The notes under the pieces are model-generated. The model did no database searches and was not told the origin of the DNA. It saw only the letters and a program-made list of their open reading frames with translations. A DNA stretch of 64,000 nt from a virus (lineage: Duplodnaviria; Caudoviricetes). Made by a program: the position numbers and the translations under genes. Positions within the stretch are counted from its first letter, which is position 1. Each line of letters begins with the position of its first letter. The DNA is taken from the IMG/VR virus record IMGVR_UViG_3300030330_005136, positions 1 through 64,000 of that record. The stretch is one strand, 5' to 3'. Shown here piece after piece: positions 16,088 through 27,200 of this stretch.

Positions 16088-16091
16088 AAAC

Positions 16092-18074
16092 ATGGCATAT
16101 ACAGATCAAAAGGTATCACCGACAAATATTAATTACACGAGTAAAGATTTTTCAAGTCTAAAGGCCGACTTAATTCAATATACGAAAGCATATTTTCCTG
16201 ATACATATAGAGATTTTAATGAGACATCACCTGGAATGATGTTGATAGAATTAGCTAGTTATGTGGGTGATGTGTTAAGTTATTACATTGATTACAACTA
16301 TAAGGAAAGTTTACTCACCACTGCTACTGAACGAAAAAATGTGATAAGGTTAGCAGAATTTTTAGGATATAAGACAACTCCTATAACCCCATCTGTTGTT
16401 AAACTTACTGTTACCACCGATGTATCTGCCGTCAATGGTATGCCTGATTTTAATTCTATACCTGCATCAACTAGAACTATTGATAGTGGATTACAGGTTT
16501 CATCGACTGAAAACTCTTCATTAGTATTTGAAACGTTAGGAGAGGTTGATTTTACCATATCTGGTTCACCCGATACACCTTCACCTGAAATAATCAGTCG
16601 TGATGATACCGGCATTGCAAGTCAATACAGATTGACTAGATTTGTAAATGCTGTATCCGGTGAAACAAAGACAAAATCCTTCACCATCACATCTCCAACC
16701 AAATTTTTAGAATTGAATTTAGGTGAAACTAATGTTGTTGAAATACTTGATGTAAAAGATAGTTCAAATGCTAAATATTTCGAGGTTGATTATCTAGCAC
16801 AAGATAGAATACTCAAGGAGATTCACTATTCGGATGATCCGGATAGACAGACTGCATATCAACAAGGTAGTGTTGGATTAGGAGAACAAGTTTCTGTTGA
16901 TGTATCTATACCATATACTTTAGAATATATAAAGACTAATAAAAAGTTTGTGAGAAAAGTTGATCCGATAACCAACAATACTAAACTACAATTCGGTAAT
17001 GGATTATACAGATTCAACATATCAGGTTCATCAAGTGCCGGATTATTCTCAACAATAGAACAACAAGGTATGTCGGTTTCGGGTGTTCCATCAACTGTGA
17101 TCAACAGTGCAATAAACAATCTTACTACAAATAATTCACTGAACCTCGGTGAGACACCGGCTAATACAATTATCACAGTAACCTATAGAGTTGGTGGTGG
17201 GGCTAATACCAATGTTCAAGCTGGCGAATTGACAAACTTGGTTACTGCTATTAGCGGTATATCAGTGAACAATAGTGAACCAGCAAGTGGTGGTACTGAT
17301 GGTGAAACTATTACTGAGATAAAAGAAAATGCTAAAACATTTTTTGCCTCTCAGCTAAGATGTGTGACTCGTGAGGACTATCAAGCTAGGATATTAAACT
17401 TACCAGCAAAGTTTGGTAATATAGCAAAAGCTCAAGTCGTTAGACTGAATGATATAAGCGGATTAAAAATTTATACATTATCCTATGACCAACGTAGAAA
17501 ACTTACACAAACACCATTGTTAGTTTTGAATAATTTAAGATTATATTTAGAACAATTTAGAATGATAAACGATGCTCTTGACTTTGGTTTTGATCTTAAC
17601 ATCGTAGACCCAAGCAATTCTGCATATGATACATCACTAATTTTTTCTGGCTATAAGATAAACTTTGGTGTTTTCTTTGAGGCAGTCGCCGATAGAAGAT
17701 TTAATAAAACAGAAGTAAAACTAGAAATCATAGATTGTATTAGACAGTTTTTCATAATTGATAAAATGCAGTTTGGTCAAGCTATTAATCTCAATGAACT
17801 AAGATATGAAATATTAGGAAAAGATGGTGTTATCGGGTTACCCACACTAAAGATTTTTCAAAGTACAGGAAACTTAGGTAACGAGTTTAGTGGAACTGAA
17901 CGAATTTTATCTAGTGTTGATGCCGCAGGTAATTCTGTTGGGACTGAAACAGGCTATGGTTTTTCATATCCATTTGAAGGTGCTTTAGAAAATGATATAA
18001 TCAGACCATCGGTGACACCCGCAGTGTTTGAGCTAAGAGAACCAAATAATGATATCTATGGGAGGGTCTTGTAA
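16092..18074 (+). CDS. baseplate wedge subunit, T4 gp6/baseplate J-like
   Basis: NYTSKDFSSLK..LI....YFP....DFNETSPGMMLIELASYVGDVLSYYID; GGTDGETITEIK; RCVTREDY. Confidence 0.88.
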   Translation: MAYTDQKVSPTNINYTSKDFSSLKADLIQYTKAYFPDTYRDFNETSPGMMLIELASYVGDVLSYYIDYNYKESLLTTATERKNVIRLAEFLGYKTTPITPSVVKLTVTTDVSAVNGMPDFNSIPASTRTIDSGLQVSSTENSSLVFETLGEVDFTISGSPDTPSPEIISRDDTGIASQYRLTRFVNAVSGETKTKSFTITSPTKFLELNLGETNVVEILDVKDSSNAKYFEVDYLAQDRILKEIHYSDDPDRQTAYQQGSVGLGEQVSVDVSIPYTLEYIKTNKKFVRKVDPITNNTKLQFGNGLYRFNISGSSSAGLFSTIEQQGMSVSGVPSTVINSAINNLTTNNSLNLGETPANTIITVTYRVGGGANTNVQAGELTNLVTAISGISVNNSEPASGGTDGETITEIKENAKTFFASQLRCVTREDYQARILNLPAKFGNIAKAQVVRLNDISGLKIYTLSYDQRRKLTQTPLLVLNNLRLYLEQFRMINDALDFGFDLNIVDPSNSAYDTSLIFSGYKINFGVFFEAVADRRFNKTEVKLEIIDCIRQFFIIDKMQFGQAINLNELRYEILGKDGVIGLPTLKIFQSTGNLGNEFSGTERILSSVDAAGNSVGTETGYGFSYPFEGALENDIIRPSVTPAVFELREPNNDIYGRVL

Positions 18075-19708
18075 TGCATCGTTCATTTTTTGCTGTAAAA
18101 GATACGACAATAAACAGTGGTTCTGATCTTATCGATGGAACAACTTTTCAAGATAAAAATGTTGGTCAAGATGAAGTACTAGAATTAAAAAAAGTTTTTG
18201 ACAATAGAGAGTTTAAACATCCAACTCGTATGTTGATACAATTTGATACTGATGAAATAGAAAGCTATATCAGCTCATCGGTTTTACCAAGTGATTATAA
18301 ACTAGTATTGAGACTATTTGAAACTGCTGGAACAAGTGGACTTAGTAATGATTACACCATAGCTGCTTATCCACTGAGTGAATCATGGGATGAAGGTATT
18401 GGTAAGGAAGAAGACAATCCAAAAACAACTATAGGTTGTAGTTGGTTGAATAGAGAAAATGACAGCCCTAATGTATCAGAAGTAAGTTGGTCTGATGCTG
18501 GTGGTACTTATATAAGTGAGGATGAAGTAACACAATCATTTTCACTATCATCACCTGACATCGAAATGGATATCACTAATATGTCCAAAAAATGGTTCGG
18601 TGGTGTAAATCAAAATCATGGAATCCTACTTAGATTTTCAGGTAGTTCTGAAACTGGTGATATCGTTTCAAGTTCAATAGACTTAGTAGCATCATCTTCA
18701 TTTCAACGTAGTGTAACAGGCACTGCCGCAGGTGATGGTTCATTGTTAGCACATGCTGTTTCGGTTCAGAGCATTGGACAATTCAATGGATATGGAAGTT
18801 CGAATAAATATCTTATAAATAGTGAAGTCACTCGTAGTGTCAATTTATTATCAGGTAACACATATAGATTTTACCAACAAGATAGTACTAATAATAATCA
18901 TCCATTTAGGTTCTCTACAACTTATCAGCAAAGTGGAGTCGATGCTGTAGATTACAGTACTGGTGTCACAATCGTTGGTGTTCCTGGTAATACAGGTGCT
19001 TATACTGAAATAGTAGTTACCGATTCAACACCCACATTATATTACTACTGTACAAATCATGGTGGAATGGGTGGTAGTGGAAAGCTCGTGGATGGTGTGG
19101 AACAAGGTAGGGTAACAACATCAACATCTTCATTGGCAATATCATCATCCATATCTTCATCAACAGTAGAAACAACTGTAAATCATACCTTACAAAGTGG
19201 TGAAGCAGAAGACCTAAAATTCTTTTCAAGACAAACCAATACAATTTATTCACCAAAGTTAGAGTTACGATGGGATGATCATTTACCAGCAACTGGTTCA
19301 AACACAGGTAGTTTGACTCCATTAGATCTATCTGGTCAATCGGAAAACTTTTTATATCAATTACACAAAAGAGAATCGTACAAAGAAACTGAAACCGTTA
19401 AGTTTAGATTCGGTGCTCGTAAAAGACATATCGATAAGAGTTTTACAACATCGATACAGAGTGTAAGTGGTAGTTATCTTGCTGAAGGATCAGCATCATA
19501 TTCGATTATCGATATGGCAACTAATGAAGATGTGATACCTTTTAGTCAATATACCACGATGAGTTGTGATCCAATATCACCATACTTTACACAAGACTTG
19601 AATACCTTTGAACCTAATAGAGCATACAAGGTGTTGGTAAAGGTAAAACATAATGATGGACAAGTCATTGTTTATGATGATGATTTTGAATTCATACTGA
19701 GGAGTTAA
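18074..19708 (+). CDS. baseplate-region structural protein with inserted cupredoxin-like module
   Basis: DNRLRE-like N-terminus (KDTTI, YPLSESWDEGIG, PKLELRWDD); insert contains HPF...YYYCTNHGGMG. Confidence 0.7.
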   Translation: MHRSFFAVKDTTINSGSDLIDGTTFQDKNVGQDEVLELKKVFDNREFKHPTRMLIQFDTDEIESYISSSVLPSDYKLVLRLFETAGTSGLSNDYTIAAYPLSESWDEGIGKEEDNPKTTIGCSWLNRENDSPNVSEVSWSDAGGTYISEDEVTQSFSLSSPDIEMDITNMSKKWFGGVNQNHGILLRFSGSSETGDIVSSSIDLVASSSFQRSVTGTAAGDGSLLAHAVSVQSIGQFNGYGSSNKYLINSEVTRSVNLLSGNTYRFYQQDSTNNNHPFRFSTTYQQSGVDAVDYSTGVTIVGVPGNTGAYTEIVVTDSTPTLYYYCTNHGGMGGSGKLVDGVEQGRVTTSTSSLAISSSISSSTVETTVNHTLQSGEAEDLKFFSRQTNTIYSPKLELRWDDHLPATGSNTGSLTPLDLSGQSENFLYQLHKRESYKETETVKFRFGARKRHIDKSFTTSIQSVSGSYLAEGSASYSIIDMATNEDVIPFSQYTTMSCDPISPYFTQDLNTFEPNRAYKVLVKVKHNDGQVIVYDDDFEFILRS

Positions 19709-19709
19709 A

Positions 19710-20612
19710 ATGCCATTTCATACATCAGGATCCATGAGCAGAAGTTTTGGTGGTGGTTATGGAACTATTAAGATTTTTCTAGAAGAAACCGCCGGATTAA
19801 CCCAAGGTGAGGAGTACTCGTATCGAGTAGCAAATGGTCAAACCATACATACAGCGATTGCTGCACGAATCAATGGTCATGTAGTCTTAGTGGATAGTAA
19901 TTACACCATTGGTTCTAATCCACCACCATTTTTTGTTGGTCAATCTTTAACAGTTCTTGTACCAGATGCAGGATCTGGCATGGGGGATATTCCCTTACTT
20001 ACAACTGTAATTAATAGCATAACACCATTGAATGAGCCGCCGCCTGGAGCCGAATCTGAGCCAACTTCGCCACCAGCTGGTATAACCCTTCAAAATCCAA
20101 TGATCGGTGCTTTGAGTCCACAAGGACAATGGACATGGTCAGGTGCTCGTTGGGATAATATACCAGGTCCGCCTCTTGAGGAGAAAATTGTAACTTTATT
20201 CGATGGTGCAAATTTAAGAACCTTTCAACTCAGAGAAGAAATACCGATAGAAGAGTTTATGTCCACTGTACTCAAGGATGTACCGATAGAAGCAATACAA
20301 GAATTAGATTCCAATAATGAAGTGGTTGAAACTTATGAAGTTGAGCATCAAACATCTGATACTACCTTTACTGGTATCGTAGGCAGAAAATCACAAAATA
20401 GAAAGGCAAAAAGAAGAAGTAAATTTAATATAAAGAAGACAAAAGGTAAAAGGGTGGTGCCTGATAATACACGATCTGTCACGGATGTAAATACGAATAG
20501 ATCAATACAACAACCAGGTGGTGATCAACAGTCACGAGGTGGTGGTGGTAGATCAGCAACAACTCAAATACCGGGTGGTGGTAGATCAGGAGGTGGTGGT
20601 GGCACTTACTAG
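19710..20612 (+). CDS. hypothetical structural-operon protein with Pro/Gly-rich segments
   Basis: ORF 300 aa; C-terminal GGGGRS repeats. Confidence 0.65.
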   Translation: MPFHTSGSMSRSFGGGYGTIKIFLEETAGLTQGEEYSYRVANGQTIHTAIAARINGHVVLVDSNYTIGSNPPPFFVGQSLTVLVPDAGSGMGDIPLLTTVINSITPLNEPPPGAESEPTSPPAGITLQNPMIGALSPQGQWTWSGARWDNIPGPPLEEKIVTLFDGANLRTFQLREEIPIEEFMSTVLKDVPIEAIQELDSNNEVVETYEVEHQTSDTTFTGIVGRKSQNRKAKRRSKFNIKKTKGKRVVPDNTRSVTDVNTNRSIQQPGGDQQSRGGGGRSATTQIPGGGRSGGGGGTY

Positions 20613-20640
20613 TATAAAACCCAATGTAAAGTATAATATA

Positions 20641-21861
20641 ATGGTTGATGCACCAGAGGGAACTTTGCAATATAGGCTAAGTTACCAAGGTGAACCAGCT
20701 CCAGCAGCGGTCTACTATGATGAAGCACCGATTGAACCGATACCAGCTAGTTTACCAGTATTACCACCATCAAATCAATCATATCAGAATTCAAATAACC
20801 AAGGTGTTGAAGGATTATTGACTGGTAGAAAATGTAGTAACTGTGTATTCTATGAAGCAGAGTCCGGCAACTGTAGTCGTTGGAATGCCTTGGTCAGAAG
20901 TTATTATTGGTGTATATCTTGGAAAACAATGCAACCTGTGATTGCCGAAGAAAATCAATTTACAAAATATATAGATCAAACAGCTGCTATAGTAGATCCA
21001 ACCATACCAGTCGAAGAAGATAATTTATATAATTTTTTTATAGGACGTGTTAAAGATCCTAATACTCAAGAACCTAATCTTTCTAATTTACTTACACCTT
21101 TAAATGCTTTATTCTCAACCTATGGTGCTTATGTTTACGGAGATATTCTCAGGAGGATGATAGACTCAGGTAATGCATTTGATTTTGACAATGTTCCAAT
21201 GAATTTATTTTTTACAACACAAGAAGATTTTTTAAATGCTATCGAGTTTGTTAACAATGGTGGATTGGTTGAGTTTGATACACCATTGGATCAGCACGAT
21301 TCAGTTCAACAGCATTTAGTTACTTATGAGTTATCAAAGAGAGGCGATTCAACATTGCCAATGAATTATCCACAATCATTGACAATAAATCTACATGGAA
21401 GTTTTTATGGCGAACCGATAAATATTTTATCACAGATGGATTTTGTAAATGGTAAGATTGCTTACAACCCTAAATTTACTGCTAGTCGTAGACATGTGTT
21501 ATTGGATAATAGATTTTTAGAATATGAACAAACAGGTAGAGTAAAGATTGATATAGTAAAACAAAGTATTCGAGAGAGGTTGTTAAAATTTTTGAATGAT
21601 AATTCAAAACCCTATATCATATCAAACCCATCGGCAATAACTTTTATACAATGGGTTGGTGATAGAGCATTTACATCCGAATCATGGCAAGAATTATATA
21701 GTTATATGCTAACAGTTGATAGACTTTCTGCTGATGATCAGCAATTGATAACATTGATACAAAATACTTTAGGTGAAGTGTTGATTGATGAACCTGCCAG
21801 AGCTGAGATACCTTTGATAACAAATGTTATTAATCAACCAACAAAAGAAGAGACAGAATAG
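20641..21861 (+). CDS. hypothetical structural-operon protein with HiPIP-like Cys motif
   Basis: first ATG after the upstream stop is 20641; CSNCVFY...GNCSRW...V...YWCISW. Confidence 0.65.
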   Translation: MVDAPEGTLQYRLSYQGEPAPAAVYYDEAPIEPIPASLPVLPPSNQSYQNSNNQGVEGLLTGRKCSNCVFYEAESGNCSRWNALVRSYYWCISWKTMQPVIAEENQFTKYIDQTAAIVDPTIPVEEDNLYNFFIGRVKDPNTQEPNLSNLLTPLNALFSTYGAYVYGDILRRMIDSGNAFDFDNVPMNLFFTTQEDFLNAIEFVNNGGLVEFDTPLDQHDSVQQHLVTYELSKRGDSTLPMNYPQSLTINLHGSFYGEPINILSQMDFVNGKIAYNPKFTASRRHVLLDNRFLEYEQTGRVKIDIVKQSIRERLLKFLNDNSKPYIISNPSAITFIQWVGDRAFTSESWQELYSYMLTVDRLSADDQQLITLIQNTLGEVLIDEPARAEIPLITNVINQPTKEETE

Positions 21862-24237
21862 ATGCAGTGGGTAACATTACCAAGAGCTATTGATGGCATT
21901 GTAAGGGATTGTCGTGTTTTAAATTTTGCCATAGAGGCTGGTACACAAGGTGGAATCATATCTGCAAATTCCAACGGAATTGTACCTGATCCAACCGGTG
22001 ATACAAATCCATTTAAGCCATTGATGTACGAAAGGTTTGATATTACAATTGATCAACTCGAAGGGGAGATAAACTGTCCTTATATTTTTCGTAGAGAACC
22101 ACCTGAAATCGAAGAAGATGGTGAGGTGATAAACAAGACAGAGATAATTATTCCTTTTTCACCACTAGGTGGATTTGCTCAATTCAGAATTAATTATCAA
22201 TTTATACTTTATCCTAGTGATCCTGAGGCCGAACAGTTTTTAGTAGACTTGGATAACGATGGTAACTTAGATGGTATAGTCTACAATGGTAGTGTGGAAA
22301 CACCAAGGACACTTGTTCCTAGAAGACCATTCACTCCACCACCACCCCCACCACCTGTATTTACAATAGATGAAGGTCAGATTAAGGAAGCATTGGCCGA
22401 CAAGATATACGAAAAGTTTTTCAACTCTGAGGAAATACAAGCAGATATATCTGATGTTTTAGCATTACAAACCACAACTTCTGAGGATGGGGTTAATTAC
22501 AAAACTGGTCGAGAATCGGAGGATCAACAACTTATACTTTTCAAGAAAGATCGAAACACGCCAGAAAATAAAAAAGATTTCGAAGGTGATGGTTCGGACG
22601 GTATACAGGCAATATCTAACATCATTAGTGCCAGTTTTGCCGGAACTGATGAGAGTGGAGTGATCGATCTTTCGGAAAAGCTTAATGATGAAATAAGCAT
22701 TATTCGAGATGACAGCCGTTCACCTGACGGTTCTTTGGGTAGGGTATCATCTATAGATCCGAATTATTTTGATCCACCAATACCTGTAAGCACAAGTGCA
22801 CCAGACATACCAAAATTTTATGTACAGATTACAAAATACGTTTTAAAATATAGTGCTAATTTTCAAACAATAGATGTAGATTTTGCCGAATTATGGCAAT
22901 ACTATCAACAAGCCAAACCAGATGATAGCGGTTTAGATCCAAAAGAACCTGAAATGTCTGATGAGTGGAAAAACAGACTAAACCTCTCACAATTAACACT
23001 TGTCAAACCAAGTAACAAAATTGATACTATTAAAGCTAGAGCTACTTTGGATACAAACATTTTTGAATTACTGCCACCAGGACGTGAAAGACAAATACAG
23101 ATTGATAATTTCTTTGATCTATTTACTCAATTGATCGGCACGCCTCCAGGTTTTCAAGATGAAAATCTAGATAATATACCTGAAACGATCGTGGATGAAC
23201 AGACTGATTTGAATCAAAGAATAAGCACAGCAACAGAGGAATTGTATCAACAGTCATTCATAACAAGGACTGATGAAGATGCTGATGATGTGAATCAAAA
23301 TAAGACTTTAGAGTCCATGAGAAATAGGTTGAATCAATATTTGTTCGATGTAGATTCCGTGGTGGAAGATGTTGTTGATTCGAGACCTGAATACGAAAAT
23401 CAATCATCAGGTTTTCTGAAGTTAAGAAGATTAAATCAATCCATACTGATCAAAGGTCCTAGTGAAACTCCGTCATTTGGTAATTGGACTGAAGATGGTT
23501 TCACGATAACCATGTGGGTAAGGTTTTTGAATACAACCGGTGGTGGTAGTCTGTTCACCTATGGTAATCCCATGATGAGAACAAAATCCAGCTTTAGATT
23601 AGAGACCATGACGGTTCAAGAGGGTGATAATGTCAAAGATGATACCACCTATGATAAAGCAAGAAGGGTGATTCGATTGGTGGTATGGGAGGATCGAAGA
23701 GAAGATCCTTGGTGGCAAGAAAAAATTTCTACGGGACAGATGGATTGGGATGCTCCATGGGAAAGAAGAGCAGGATATTTATATGAAAGTGCAGTGCCTT
23801 TTGATAACTCCATCAATCCAGATGGTCGTGAATCTAAACTACCATCCTTTCATAGTCAGATGCCTTCTAGTGATATTCCAGATAGAAAATATTATTTTTT
23901 AAATTACACAAATATTCCAACTGATGATTTAGAGGAATGGTTCTTTGTGTGTGCTACATATGATCCGAGCATAAAAGAAATACCATCTTTTGGTGCAGAT
24001 TTTCCAAACTATTACGGTGGATTTGACTTTCACCTATCAAATCCAAATGATGATTTAAAACCAGGCACTTTACAATTTACAAATAGTAATAGTCACCGTA
24101 AGGATGAACTATTTTGGTTAGGTCATAAGGACGTTGGTTCTACCGGATTAACATCTAAGTCCAGTGTAGGAAACAGATGTAAAGTGGAGATAATAAGTCG
24201 AAGTGATTTATTAAGAGCTCGTGGTTATAGGGTATAG
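21862..24237 (+). CDS. structural protein with C-terminal LamG/ConA-like domain
   Basis: GFTITMWVRF...LFTYG...EWFFVCATYD; poly-Pro linker. Confidence 0.65.
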   Translation: MQWVTLPRAIDGIVRDCRVLNFAIEAGTQGGIISANSNGIVPDPTGDTNPFKPLMYERFDITIDQLEGEINCPYIFRREPPEIEEDGEVINKTEIIIPFSPLGGFAQFRINYQFILYPSDPEAEQFLVDLDNDGNLDGIVYNGSVETPRTLVPRRPFTPPPPPPPVFTIDEGQIKEALADKIYEKFFNSEEIQADISDVLALQTTTSEDGVNYKTGRESEDQQLILFKKDRNTPENKKDFEGDGSDGIQAISNIISASFAGTDESGVIDLSEKLNDEISIIRDDSRSPDGSLGRVSSIDPNYFDPPIPVSTSAPDIPKFYVQITKYVLKYSANFQTIDVDFAELWQYYQQAKPDDSGLDPKEPEMSDEWKNRLNLSQLTLVKPSNKIDTIKARATLDTNIFELLPPGRERQIQIDNFFDLFTQLIGTPPGFQDENLDNIPETIVDEQTDLNQRISTATEELYQQSFITRTDEDADDVNQNKTLESMRNRLNQYLFDVDSVVEDVVDSRPEYENQSSGFLKLRRLNQSILIKGPSETPSFGNWTEDGFTITMWVRFLNTTGGGSLFTYGNPMMRTKSSFRLETMTVQEGDNVKDDTTYDKARRVIRLVVWEDRREDPWWQEKISTGQMDWDAPWERRAGYLYESAVPFDNSINPDGRESKLPSFHSQMPSSDIPDRKYYFLNYTNIPTDDLEEWFFVCATYDPSIKEIPSFGADFPNYYGGFDFHLSNPNDDLKPGTLQFTNSNSHRKDELFWLGHKDVGSTGLTSKSSVGNRCKVEIISRSDLLRARGYRV

Positions 24238-24239
24238 AC

Positions 24240-27200
24240 ATGTCAGATATCATCATAGAAGGCAAAAATCTAAGTGATATAAACCAAAGCAACTTTCAAA
24301 CCGTTGGTGTTCGTAGTGCTCTTTATTTCGATACAAATTATACTGCAAATGAATCACTTAGTGTTGATGAAGATGTTTTTAAACATGATACAATAGATGT
24401 ACACTTAGCAAGATTAAGTCCTGATCCAATTAAAGATTTATTACCAAGTAAGTTAATAGAGGTTGCTACTATAGAACCATGGCAAGGTAGATTACATTTC
24501 GATAGAGACTTCAGTTATGATTCAGCAGCTCCTACTGAGGGTCCATATCTTGGTCTTTTTGAAGGTGTTAACAATTTTATACCTAATTGGCAACCTTTTA
24601 ATAGTGGTAGACCAAGTGGTAATCCAGCTAATCCTACTAGTAAATTTTATTACCCATATTTTTATACAGGTAACTTGTACGAAGTGGATTTTCAAAATGA
24701 AAAACTTACAAGGCTTGTGGTCAACAATTTATATGCTAGAATACCAAATAATATAGGCTTTGGGGTAGAGGAAAGGGAATCAACATCTACATATGTCGTA
24801 AAGGATGATAGGTTTCCATTGGGAACTTACACCGAAGAAAATAAACAGTATTGGGAAATTCAAACAAGTGATCCTGTATCACGTAATTCTCAATTTAGTT
24901 CAACGAGAATGCAAATAGCATTGTCAACAAAAATGTCAGATGGTATTATTCGTAGTGAAGAAGAACAGTTTTCAGTTGATGCTTTTACTTTTACAGAAAG
25001 GGATGGTGTTATAACTCCATTGTTTTTTTACTATGATAAAAACTTACATCCCGTTGAATATAATAATGCCACGACTGGTAAAGTAAGTATGAAGATAGAA
25101 CTTCGTGAATCAGGTAGAAATGGTGACAATGAGTTAGATTTGTATCAAGAAAGAAATCCAGTCAGACCATTTCTCATGGGTTTTGAAAAAGACGAATTAC
25201 GTAACGGTGGTTTTACCATAGACGATCCACCTGAAGAGTTAATTGGAACTGGCGAAATATATGGTGAGGGTTTGTATTTTGCTGATTACAGTATAACTTT
25301 ACAGGCAATTGCTAATCCCGATAGTTACCTTTTAGGTATATTTGATATACCTGATGATAACTTGAAATCAACTGGTGGAGCTAATGGTTCATATACCTTT
25401 CAAATGCCCAATGAGGATGTTCAATATTTAGCAAAATTCAGACCTAATCCTTATATTGTGCTGGGTCAAAAATTTCTTAATCCGGAGACTGGTAATGAGC
25501 AAAGCGGAGGTTCGGAATCCAAGGGACAGGTTAGACTATGGCTATCAAAACTTCAATTAAATATTAATTCAAGTAATTACGAAACTGTTCCATTAGAGGG
25601 TGGTTTTGATTTACCACTATTTCAAGATCCTGGTGGTAGAGTCATCAGTAGGAATTTTAGACCAACAGATTTTGGTGGTGATTTCCTTACATTGGAGCAA
25701 AAAGAAGCAACAACTAATTTTAAATTCAGAGGTTGGACTTACGAATCAGGTAGTGAATCGATAATTGCATCTTTTGAAGATATAGAAGTACCAACAAACA
25801 CTCCAGGTGGAGTTTTCCCTTTGCCTGCTGACCAACATTATAATGGATCTCTTTATGGTAATTTGGGAGGTAACGCGGGAAATATAAAAACCATAAAACT
25901 CAATGAGGATTTTCGTTATCCAAATGGTCGATTGTTTATCTATGCTAATTATAGTCTAATAATGTTTACTTTAAACAATTTGAACAATCAAGTTGATTTT
26001 GAAAATAATTTTGCTGATGCCTTAAAATATGGACCTTTTAAATTTGTCACTGCTAAGGGAAACTCACCGAGTATCGATGATTATAAATCTACTGATCTTT
26101 CTCAGTTTGAAGCATTTGCTGCTGGAGATGAAAAAGTAAGACTTTTAATAGCAGGTCCTGGTATGGGATATGCAAATGCCGAATATTTACCAAGTGGTGA
26201 TAATGCACATCTAACACCAATAGAAGAAACTGGTTATGAATTTGGTGATTTTTTTTGGCATAAAACTGATGATGAAGAAATACCTTTAAGAATTGATGTA
26301 CCTCAACCAATACCCAACACAATGGAAAATGCAATAGAATTGAATGGAGGGTCTGAACCCACTCCAACTGTTGTAGAGGGTGATGCGCCATTTAACCAAA
26401 ATGGTATTACTTTAGAGGATACTCAACCTAGTGGTTATAGTGTGGGAACGGTAGACATCACTGGTTTATTCAAAGTCACAAATGTTCAATTTTCTCATTA
26501 CGGTGGTACTGAAGAGGGAAGTGAGGGGACTATTGCACAATACTCAATAGATTGGGGTCCCAATATAACTAATCAAACTAGAAACGTAAATAAATTTCGA
26601 CTTGATGAAAATGAAAGGGATGATTATAAAGGTGTGTTACTAGGTGATACAGTATATCTAGGATCATTCGAAGATGCTGTTGCACATAATGGTGGTCCTT
26701 TGGATGACGAGGTCGCTCTTCCAGCAGGAGCTCCTATACCAGCTGGTACTTTACAAAGTGGATTGGAATATGATTATTCTATCGGATCAACGCATGGATT
26801 AGATGATGTTTTTATAGTCGAGGATTACGATGTCTCAGCAGTATCTAGTGATGTAAATGTGATATATATAACTTGGGGGGTAAACCCAAACGCAGATGTC
26901 GCTGGTGGGTTGTCAAGTAATGAGATCAATCAAATCATAACAACAGAGACCACCTCTTCGATAAGTTACCAACCTCTGCAAAATGGAATTTATATTAAGT
27001 CAAGAGATTTAGGTGCTAATACTAGTCTTACAACTGCTATTGTAGAAAGTGATACTAGTATTTCAGGTCGGGTTAGATCGAAAGAAGATAGTGGCGCTAT
27101 AGACGCCGACATGTATGGGTTTGGTCAAACCTATAGAGTAACAATGACACCATCTCAAGCATCTCTGCCGCCAGAGATAGATGTTTTTCTTGCACAGGAA

